Shown here piece after piece: positions 55,983 to 64,000 of a stretch of DNA of 64,000 bases; position 1 is the first letter of the stretch, and each line of letters opens with the position of its first letter. Both the position numbers and the translations under genes were made by a program. The DNA comes from a virus. Lineage: Duplodnaviria; Caudoviricetes. Location of the stretch: positions 32,001-96,000 of IMG/VR virus record IMGVR_UViG_3300020576_006930. One strand, 5' to 3'. A model generated the notes under the pieces. That model saw nothing but the letters and a program-made list of their open reading frames with translations. It did not search any database and was not told the origin of the DNA.

Positions 55983-57197
55983 ATGAATATGACACGCAAA
56001 CTTTTAATTGGTTTTTTAATCTGGAGTATGACTCTGACAATGTTCGGCGCAACCGTATCTCTGATCTACGATTCTGTCACGGGAACAATATTGAGTCGCA
56101 AAGAGTTGATTTTTCCGTCCAATGCGACTTTTAACGCGCAGGTATCCATTTATAGCCAAACCAACTCCATTTTAAATGTGGGCATCCTGAACCTAACTAA
56201 TAGTCTAATCGTTAATGGTTCAGGTGTACTATCCCAACTTGCAGTCGGGGCAACCAACGCTTCCGGCGGAACCAATATTCTTGAGCTTTTGTATAATGGG
56301 GTGAAGTTGGGGCGTTTCGGAACAAATGGGATTTGGTATGGTAATTTCGCCGGGGCGACCAATCTGCCCATAAGCGCATTTTGGGGCTCGGGTGGCACGA
56401 ACACGGCAAATACAAACGGTACATTAGGACAAGCTCTGTTTAGTTCCGGCAATGGCGGTGTATATTTCGGAGCAAGTCAGACACCAGGTGTTTTGTTTGG
56501 TGACCGGGCCGTCTGGAATGGGACGGCGTGGGAAGACGACTCACGATGGACGCATTTTGAGAATGAGTTTTTTCTTGCGCAATCCGTTGGCTACCCAATG
56601 GCAGTTTTCGGTACCGGAACTGGGGCTGGGGTAAGCAGCGTAGATACGACGAGCAATCGCCTCGGCGTGGTTACTCTGTCGCCCGGAACAACTGCCAATG
56701 GCTATTATGGTGAGTGTATTGGCAGCGCAGCCATTCGAGCGTTTACCTGGGGACAAGGTGAAAAGATGATCACCGATCTGACTTGTTATGTGGACACCTT
56801 ATCCGACGATACAGAGAATTATTGTTTTCAATTTGGTTATAGCGATTCACAAACCACAAATAATCCAGCGGATACCTTGCTTGTACAATACTCTAACAAT
56901 ACCAACGCGGGGAAATGGGAAATTATGTCACGCAATTCTACAGGCAGCACAAATGTTTACGATATCGGCACGAATGTCGTCGCTAGACGTTGGTATGACA
57001 TTCGTCTTGTTACCGACACGGATGGCACAAGTTCTGCTTACCTGGACGGTGTTCTGGTTAAGTCTGGTATTCCCGCCACGTCAGGTCAAGTCATTCCGAT
57101 GTTTAGGGTAAATAAAGCCGCGGGGCTACTAGATCGGCCGATCCGGTTGGATTATTATCGTTGGTCTATCAAGCGGGCGACTACCAAATATCAATGA
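55983..57197 (+). CDS. signal-peptide protein with C-terminal lectin/beta-sandwich-like region
   Basis: Hydrophobic leader, Asn/Thr/Gly-rich stalk, WYDIRL...AYLDG. Confidence 0.55.
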   Translation: MNMTRKLLIGFLIWSMTLTMFGATVSLIYDSVTGTILSRKELIFPSNATFNAQVSIYSQTNSILNVGILNLTNSLIVNGSGVLSQLAVGATNASGGTNILELLYNGVKLGRFGTNGIWYGNFAGATNLPISAFWGSGGTNTANTNGTLGQALFSSGNGGVYFGASQTPGVLFGDRAVWNGTAWEDDSRWTHFENEFFLAQSVGYPMAVFGTGTGAGVSSVDTTSNRLGVVTLSPGTTANGYYGECIGSAAIRAFTWGQGEKMITDLTCYVDTLSDDTENYCFQFGYSDSQTTNNPADTLLVQYSNNTNAGKWEIMSRNSTGSTNVYDIGTNVVARRWYDIRLVTDTDGTSSAYLDGVLVKSGIPATSGQVIPMFRVNKAAGLLDRPIRLDYYRWSIKRATTKYQ

Positions 57198-60100
57198 GAT
57201 ACGCAATTTTTATATTTTTATTGTTATGCTTGGTGTTAAATTCTCCAGCGGAAAACCGCGTCCCCAATTCTGGATTTGAATTAGGACCTTCGCGTGGTTG
57301 GTTGTCGTGGGAAAATTTAAATAAACCGACGTTTAATGGCAACGGATCGCTCTACACATTCATGAACACGAATGCGAATTCCGGCGGTTATTCCTTTCGA
57401 TCCACTGGAAGGTTGCGTTCTCGCTTGTTTTGGTTAACCAATGGAAATTATGTTCTGACTTTTTCTGCCAAAGCAACTTCCGCCCATACTCATAAAGCGG
57501 GAATTTTAAACGAAACCGCAGGTGTAACTACCGTTGATCCGACAGATACGATTTCAGTCACTACCTCTTGGGCACGGTATACAAATACTTTCACGGCAAC
57601 CAGTGATGGTCTTTATTTTGTAAAATTTATTGATGTTAACGCGTCGGTTTTTTATGTGGATGATGTTCAGGTTGAGTCCGGCGTAACGGCGCATGACTAT
57701 GCGCCTTCAACTCCAGTTGAACTTGGTATTACGATTCCCCAGACAAATTCTATGTTTTTTGTTGGTCAAACGGCGCAGTTCACACTTAACTTTTGGAACA
57801 CAGGCCCGCCGACCAATGCCACGGCGCGGTATGATGTTTATGATTTCTGGAACTCAAATGTGTTGAGCGGAGTTACCTCCGTCGCCCTGGCGGCAGCAAC
57901 GAACACCACCACTAATATAAATATCCCCAATCTAACCGGCTGGTTTCGGGTAATGACTAGACTTGCGGATTATCCCGATTCGTGGGACGAAGCCACGTTA
58001 GTCGCATATCCGTTTGCGTCGAATATTACCTACAACGCAGCAACGGACTGGCTCGGCGGGCATCCACAAGATTCCACAAACAATATTAATCGTGAAATGA
58101 TGGCAGGGCGACACATCGGGAGAACTCTCGGGCCTGGATGGCAAGCCAATCGCTGGGGATTTGTGTCGGGTATTGAATATAATCAAGGGGTATTTGACTG
58201 GAACGATTACGCCATCACAAATTTGACGCAGCAAGGAATGTATGTGGTTGCGACCCTGACTCCGGAAGACGGAACGTGGCCGCATTACTTTACGAATAGC
58301 GAGGCGGTGAATCTGGGGCTGTGGAGTAACTACTGCTACAAGCTGGTTTACCGCTACAATGTCGAACTTGGACTCAGCAACAGCATCATTTATGAGGTTG
58401 GACCAAATGAACCACTACAATCCGGTCCGACTACACCCATCAATGTCCGGGACGCCGTGACCTACGCTAATGTTCTGACCTACGGCGTTTGGGGCGCAAC
58501 CAATGCGCATGGGAGCGCAAAACTAATCGGTATTGCCGGTGCGGCTGGAGCGGGTGAATGGGCTTGGTGGGTCTACACGAACTTACCAGCCGGAACAAAG
58601 GCAGCACTAACGGCGGTTTCCACCCACGTCTACCCACAGGATTCAGTGGGGGTTGCTTTAAACCCAAACGGAAGTTTTAACGCAGTAAGCTTCGTGAATA
58701 ATTCTTACGGTTATGCGACCAATTTTGCGGGGATCAAGCCTGTCTGGAATACGGAATCCGGAGTAGGAACTGTTTCAGGCTTCAAAGGTCAAAATACAAT
58801 GTGGACGAATTATTATTCATTGTTTAAAACCGATTACACTTATGAGAGCCAACGAATGGAACGGCAGAGCCGAAGTTTAACGGCGGTAATTACCAGCACT
58901 GAAGAAGCTCTCCGTGGTCTTGGCGCTGGTTTGGATAAGTTTTTATATTATGATTGTCGGAGATTTAACGATGCTTCATTTCAAACCGCTCAACCATACG
59001 GTCAAGATTATATGCAAGTTGATCACCCGCATCTAGTCTCCTTGTCCATCGCACAATATATGGTAACACACGGCTTTGGTCGGGTTGTCAATAGTGGAGA
59101 AACTAAAGTTGAAGCCTATTCTTTTACTAATTCCAGTGGCAATGCGGTAATAGCGGCGTGGAACTACGACCGCACCAACCGAACGGCGACGTTAACCAAT
59201 GCGTTTTTTGCCGCTTACGACGTAATGGGAAATCGGATTTCCACTAACTCAGCAAACATCGCACTAGACCGATTTCCAACCTACTTTGTGAGCAGCACGC
59301 TTTCGTTAGTTCAGATGAGCAATATGTTTTGTACAGCAACGTTTGTTAATGTTGCCGATACGATTCCACCTCAGGTTTCCTTCTCCGTTGCGCCGACTGG
59401 AGCGTGGAACGGTGATTCCGCCGGAACATTGGTTAAATGGGACGCGTTGGATAACCGGTGGTCGAATTATCCTGAGGGCTACGATTACACTAATATTCTC
59501 AGCAAATATTCACTAGACGGAGCTGCCTATACCACTTATTCCCAGAGCAATTACGTTTGGTTATCTGGGCTGTCAGCTGGCAACCACACAATTAAAGTTA
59601 CAGTTAAAGATAAAAATAACAATGCCGACGAATGGACATATGATTTTTTGGCTGGCGAAGACATCCCGGTTATTACCATCACCTCACCGACTAACAATCA
59701 ACCTTCCGTCGCGACATCAATAACGGTTACCGGAACAAGTTCTGATAATGATACGGTGAGTGGGGTTTCTTTAACTAACATATCAACTGGAGTCGGCGCA
59801 ACCGTAACCGGAACCACTTCTTGGAGCGCAACAATGACGTTGCGGCAAGGAACAAATACATTACAAGCCGTAGTCACAGATAATTTAAGTAATAAAGCAA
59901 CTAATTCAATTGATGTCATAGCGGTCAACCTGACAAACCGGAACACCGCCGTTAAATCTCCCTATTTAGGTGTACAGTATTTACAAATTCAGAATCCCGC
60001 TGCCCAGCATACTTTGATGTCTAATGTGCCCGCCACCTATGTCAATATGCCTATCACGTATGCGATCCTGACTGGCGGCGCATACGGGGGCCACGCAAAC

Positions 60101-61153
60101 GGAACAAATTATTACGATGCGACGTATGCCGCCAATACAAACGCGGGGTGGAATATCATTTTACAATTTTCTGATATGCCCACGAATCTTATTGCCACAT
60201 ATGTTCCTTATTTAGTTGCTAGGTACCCTTCGTGGATGGTGATCCCGTTGAATGAGAATGACAGCGCAGCGGAGTCGTCGGCGATCATCAAGTTGTTCCG
60301 GACGGCGTTACCGACGCAACGGCTCGGAGGTCCAGCTCTTTATCATATCGTCAACCCACCATATATTGATGCTTTGATCGCGAGCAACGCATTCCAATTA
60401 CTTGACAGCTTCGTCGCACACGATTACCTTGCGGTGCCGTTGAACGGGCTCTGCACGGCTGGCTGGTGGACGAATAGCTACTATCACCCGAGCAACACGC
60501 CGACGGGCTACCATCCGGAGTGGTCGGTTGGGAATCTGCCTAGCCGTTTAACGTGGATGAATAGCTACACGAACCAATTGCGGACGGATTATACCGATAC
60601 CCCGAAGGCAATTGTTTCAGAATATGGCATTTATCAAAATGATGTTCCTGATGGCGAATACGCAGGACGTATATTCCGTTCTATGCATATACCAGTTTTC
60701 GTCACGGCGAACTTCGCCACCACTAATCAGTGTCCATATAATAATGCTCTATACGATGGAGTTGGGGTTGGTTATTTCACCGAAAGTCAACAGGAATTTC
60801 TTTCCAGTGTAGAAATTACCAGTTCTTGTGCGGTTGCTTCTCCCGTCGTCGTGGCAAGTGGAGGCGCAGGTTTATATAGCACAAGTAGTAGTACAATTAA
60901 CGTATCAGGAACTTCAGATAATCCTGACGCGGTGATCTCGTGGAGTAATTCCCGAGGCGGCGCCGGATCGGCAACGGGCAATCTGACGTGGAGTAAGACG
61001 GGGATAACTCTTTATAGCGGTGGTAATACCTTAACTTTTACCGCAACATCAGGAGAGGATAGCACGTCTACTACATTAACGGTTACGTATACTCCGCCGC
61101 CTCCTGGTGGTTCGACGAACAATGTTTGGATATTAAATCTTTACAACCACTGA
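57194..61153 (+). CDS. large secreted glycoside-hydrolase-like protein (CBM-like + clan GH-A-like barrel + Ig repeats)
   Basis: Signal peptide; NSGFE CBM-like start; GVFDW, YEVGPNEP, STHVY, PVWNTESG; Ig-like repeats. Confidence 0.65.
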   Translation: MRYAIFIFLLLCLVLNSPAENRVPNSGFELGPSRGWLSWENLNKPTFNGNGSLYTFMNTNANSGGYSFRSTGRLRSRLFWLTNGNYVLTFSAKATSAHTHKAGILNETAGVTTVDPTDTISVTTSWARYTNTFTATSDGLYFVKFIDVNASVFYVDDVQVESGVTAHDYAPSTPVELGITIPQTNSMFFVGQTAQFTLNFWNTGPPTNATARYDVYDFWNSNVLSGVTSVALAAATNTTTNINIPNLTGWFRVMTRLADYPDSWDEATLVAYPFASNITYNAATDWLGGHPQDSTNNINREMMAGRHIGRTLGPGWQANRWGFVSGIEYNQGVFDWNDYAITNLTQQGMYVVATLTPEDGTWPHYFTNSEAVNLGLWSNYCYKLVYRYNVELGLSNSIIYEVGPNEPLQSGPTTPINVRDAVTYANVLTYGVWGATNAHGSAKLIGIAGAAGAGEWAWWVYTNLPAGTKAALTAVSTHVYPQDSVGVALNPNGSFNAVSFVNNSYGYATNFAGIKPVWNTESGVGTVSGFKGQNTMWTNYYSLFKTDYTYESQRMERQSRSLTAVITSTEEALRGLGAGLDKFLYYDCRRFNDASFQTAQPYGQDYMQVDHPHLVSLSIAQYMVTHGFGRVVNSGETKVEAYSFTNSSGNAVIAAWNYDRTNRTATLTNAFFAAYDVMGNRISTNSANIALDRFPTYFVSSTLSLVQMSNMFCTATFVNVADTIPPQVSFSVAPTGAWNGDSAGTLVKWDALDNRWSNYPEGYDYTNILSKYSLDGAAYTTYSQSNYVWLSGLSAGNHTIKVTVKDKNNNADEWTYDFLAGEDIPVITITSPTNNQPSVATSITVTGTSSDNDTVSGVSLTNISTGVGATVTGTTSWSATMTLRQGTNTLQAVVTDNLSNKATNSIDVIAVNLTNRNTAVKSPYLGVQYLQIQNPAAQHTLMSNVPATYVNMPITYAILTGGAYGGHANGTNYYDATYAANTNAGWNIILQFSDMPTNLIATYVPYLVARYPSWMVIPLNENDSAAESSAIIKLFRTALPTQRLGGPALYHIVNPPYIDALIASNAFQLLDSFVAHDYLAVPLNGLCTAGWWTNSYYHPSNTPTGYHPEWSVGNLPSRLTWMNSYTNQLRTDYTDTPKAIVSEYGIYQNDVPDGEYAGRIFRSMHIPVFVTANFATTNQCPYNNALYDGVGVGYFTESQQEFLSSVEITSSCAVASPVVVASGGAGLYSTSSSTINVSGTSDNPDAVISWSNSRGGAGSATGNLTWSKTGITLYSGGNTLTFTATSGEDSTSTTLTVTYTPPPPGGSTNNVWILNLYNH

Positions 61154-61172
61154 TTGATAGTTATGGCGTGAT

Positions 61173-61580
61173 ATGAAAAAGGTAAAAATAATCTGGTTTT
61201 GTCTTGGGTTTATTATAACCGGTCTATTATGGGCGGCGCCTTCCAAACAATTGTTGGGGCCAACCGCAAGTACAACCGCTAACGCATTGGCCCGATGGAC
61301 CGATACCACGGCTTCCCGCTTGACTAATTCCGTGGTGTTCGTGGATATCAATGGCAATCTCAGCGGAGTTAATACCCAGAATTTGAACCAAGCTAATATT
61401 AGTACAGGTATCACCACCAATGGTCTGATTTTTTTAAGCCGCAGTAGTTTACCTAGTGCCAGTGATGTAGGTGGAACTATCGGTTCCATCACGAATTATC
61501 TTATGACGGTAACTAACGGAATAACGACGGTGTTTTGGTCCGACGGCACCACTTTATACAGCAAACAAATCGCTCCTTAA
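61173..61580 (+). CDS. signal-peptide protein homologous to the C-terminal module of 62192-64000
   Basis: Ends WSDGTTLYSKQIAP versus WSDGNTLYSKQLIP. Confidence 0.7.
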   Translation: MKKVKIIWFCLGFIITGLLWAAPSKQLLGPTASTTANALARWTDTTASRLTNSVVFVDINGNLSGVNTQNLNQANISTGITTNGLIFLSRSSLPSASDVGGTIGSITNYLMTVTNGITTVFWSDGTTLYSKQIAP

Positions 61581-61586
61581 AACGAT

Positions 61587-62216
61587 ATGAAAAAAATACT
61601 AACATTCTTGCTGGCGATTCCATGGTTGGCATCGGCTCAAATCGGGATCACCGGCAACGCGGCGTTTGTTGGCGCGGCGGGCTTCTCGGTTGCGAGCACG
61701 GGCGGAGGCAGTTGCCCCGGCACGCCTACGGTGGCCCAAAATGTTTACAACGCAAATCAAGCATGTGGGCTTACGGATGGAATTGGACATTACCGAACGG
61801 GTTTAATCGGATACACCAACTCGGCGACGATCAACATTTGCGGGGCTGACTTTTTAATGACCTATGTGGCGGGTGACATTTCAGGGCTGACGTTTAAGGC
61901 TTATGTTTACTCGCTATCTGGAAACAACCTCGACACGTTGCTAGCAACATCCTCAACCACGATTTCTGGTAATAATAGCTGGTCCCATACCACCAATCAT
62001 TTCGATTTTTCAACGGCGGCTACCGTTAGTCCGGGAACGCGCGTAGCAGTTTTTGTGCAACCAACGCAGGCGGGGGATAATTCCAACTACGCTAGAATTG
62101 ACGTGCAAGACACAAATGTTTTGACCCCCGGAAACTTAGCGACTTGGAATAGCACGGGCGGAATTGAATTGAACGCAACCACGAATGACCCATGGATAAG
62201 CCTTTATTTTTATTGA
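61587..62216 (+). CDS. signal-peptide beta-sandwich protein
   Basis: MKKILTFLLAIPWLASA leader. Confidence 0.65.
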   Translation: MKKILTFLLAIPWLASAQIGITGNAAFVGAAGFSVASTGGGSCPGTPTVAQNVYNANQACGLTDGIGHYRTGLIGYTNSATINICGADFLMTYVAGDISGLTFKAYVYSLSGNNLDTLLATSSTTISGNNSWSHTTNHFDFSTAATVSPGTRVAVFVQPTQAGDNSNYARIDVQDTNVLTPGNLATWNSTGGIELNATTNDPWISLYFY

Positions 62217-64000
62217 TCGGTTTGCTGCTGGCATTGCAGGCGCAAGCGGCGACCAACATTGCAACGAGTGTGTCTCGCTCTGATGTTAACGCGGCAATGT
62301 CGGCCTGTTCCAACGGGGATACCCTTTCGATTCCCGCCGGGTCCGCAGTGTGGACTTCGGCGCTTACGGTGACGAAATCAATTTCAATCATCGGAGCTGG
62401 CACAAATGCAACCTTCATCACCAACGGGCAAGCTAGCGGGGTCTGCACCATTTTTGCGTTTGAACCCAGCGCGAACGCCCCGCAGCGGCTTAGTTCAATG
62501 GCTTTCATCCAGACCAACGGGTTTGCTCAGCAATATGTAATTACTGTCAAGGGGGCTATTAGCTCGTTTCGGCTCGACCGCTGTTTTTTTACTCAAGGCA
62601 AGACTATCATCCAAACGGCACTCGCGGCGGGAAGCGGGCCGGTTTTCGGCGTGATTGACCATAACCATTTCTATAATTGTTCACTGGAAATACAGTGCTT
62701 CAATTTCCGAACCGGAGACACGTTGGACGGCGACCAAATGTGGACAGCCTGGCGGGCCGCTCCGAGCAGCTATATCGGAACGACTAACAGCATGGTGGTA
62801 GAAAATAATGCGTTCCATGTGGACAACTCTTTGGCGGGTGACAATGACGAGCCAATGAGCGGAGGGCGTGGGGCAATTTACGCTTGGCGATTCAACACCC
62901 ATCGAAGCGACAACACCTCGCGGGCCTATGTGGGTGTTGATATGCATGGTGCGTTTGCGGGGGTTCGTGGGGGAACGCTGTATGAGATTTACTCCAACAA
63001 TTTTTACATTGCCACCACATACCGACTCACCAAACAGCGAGGCGGAAGCTGGATATCCTACGGCAACACCTATTGGAACACGAACACGGTGAGGGACTTC
63101 ATAAACTTGGGTGCGGAAACGGGCACCGAGCAAACGGCGAATGCGGCGACCGGCGACGGTTACACCAATTCTTTTTATTGGGGGAACATCTCAAACGGTT
63201 CGGAAAATACAACCGTTGTTAACGACAGTCTGCTGCCCGCAGTTGAGGGGACGCATTACTTTTTGCACGCCCCGGCTTCCACCAACAATTTTTACCCCTA
63301 CACCCCGCTTGTCTATCCGCATCCACTCGTGACGGCGCAGGATGGCGGCGGAGGCGGCGACGTAACCGCCCCGACCTGCGTGATCACATCGCCGGCCTCG
63401 GTATCGAGCGGGAGCAGCGGAAGCTACAGCACCAGCAGCAGCACGATCACGGTGAGCGGAACGAGCGACGATGCGACGGCGACGGTGACGTGGAGCAATT
63501 CACGCGGGGGAGCGGGTACGGCGACGGGAAGCACAAGCTGGTCCGCACCAGACATCGCTCTTTATTATGGTGGTAATACACTAACTATATCAGCGACGGA
63601 TTTGAATTCCAATATAACCTCCACCGTCCTGTATGTCATTTATATTAGTCCTTTTTCCACTGCGAAACAAATCACCGGTCCCTTAGCTTATTCCCGGGCG
63701 CAATCCGCGGCGACCTGGGCCGATACCAATGCTTATAAAGTACTGGATTCACCCGTTTTAATTGATAATATTGGGAATATCACTGGCGTAAATACTCAAC
63801 AGATGGTCCAAGCAAATGTCACGACTTTATATACCACCAATGGCTTCCTCTTACAACAGAAAGCAAGCCCACCGGAAGTGTCAACCATCGGCGGTTCAGT
63901 TGGTAGTATAACCAATGGTTTTTTATTGAATTATAATGGCAAAATTTATATGTATTGGAGTGACGGTAATACATTATATTCCAAACAATTAATCCCCTAA
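62192..64000 (+). CDS. secreted right-handed beta-helix (pectin-lyase-like) protein with Ig domain
   Basis: GDTLSIPAGS...KSISIIGAG; VIDHNHF, VVENNAF, YEIYSNNF; YTPLVYPHPL. Confidence 0.7.
   Translation: MDKPLFLLIGLLLALQAQAATNIATSVSRSDVNAAMSACSNGDTLSIPAGSAVWTSALTVTKSISIIGAGTNATFITNGQASGVCTIFAFEPSANAPQRLSSMAFIQTNGFAQQYVITVKGAISSFRLDRCFFTQGKTIIQTALAAGSGPVFGVIDHNHFYNCSLEIQCFNFRTGDTLDGDQMWTAWRAAPSSYIGTTNSMVVENNAFHVDNSLAGDNDEPMSGGRGAIYAWRFNTHRSDNTSRAYVGVDMHGAFAGVRGGTLYEIYSNNFYIATTYRLTKQRGGSWISYGNTYWNTNTVRDFINLGAETGTEQTANAATGDGYTNSFYWGNISNGSENTTVVNDSLLPAVEGTHYFLHAPASTNNFYPYTPLVYPHPLVTAQDGGGGGDVTAPTCVITSPASVSSGSSGSYSTSSSTITVSGTSDDATATVTWSNSRGGAGTATGSTSWSAPDIALYYGGNTLTISATDLNSNITSTVLYVIYISPFSTAKQITGPLAYSRAQSAATWADTNAYKVLDSPVLIDNIGNITGVNTQQMVQANVTTLYTTNGFLLQQKASPPEVSTIGGSVGSITNGFLLNYNGKIYMYWSDGNTLYSKQLIP

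Noticed and set aside
39668-64000. Genome-wide stop-codon reassignment
   Set aside because: Structural genes are full length and densely packed in the standard code.

Overview
This is a 64-kb segment of a large myovirus-type (jumbo) phage genome. The host is probably PVC-superphylum, most likely Verrucomicrobiota, inferred from an N-methyl-Phe/H-X9-DG pseudopilin and a host-like outer-membrane barrel. From 1 to 13.4 kb there are small early-type genes, a 17-bp tandem repeat, a tmRNA, a ~950-nt GOLLD-like RNA, an HNH endonuclease and an AAA ATPase. From 13.4 to 36 kb lies a very large RNA island. It holds about 49 near-canonical tRNAs covering all 20 amino acids, an amber suppressor, an RNase P RNA, homing endonucleases and an HNH-RNA ligase fusion. 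It also holds many non-canonical tRNA-derived RNAs: scaffolds with 30-130 nt structured inserts, minihelix or arm-less tRNAs, and a circularly permuted YrlA-like elbow. Two repeated RNA modules and two Gly-Gly-Gly leader-peptide attenuators in front of tRNA operons are also present. From 36 to 64 kb come HPr, an HD protein, PhoH, Hsp20, a membrane protein with a -1 frameshift pseudoknot, a sigma-like factor, baseplate genes, Ser/Ala-rich tail fibres and signal-peptide-bearing glycan-active proteins. All RNA calls were made by eye, without tRNAscan or Infernal, so ends may be off by a few nucleotides.
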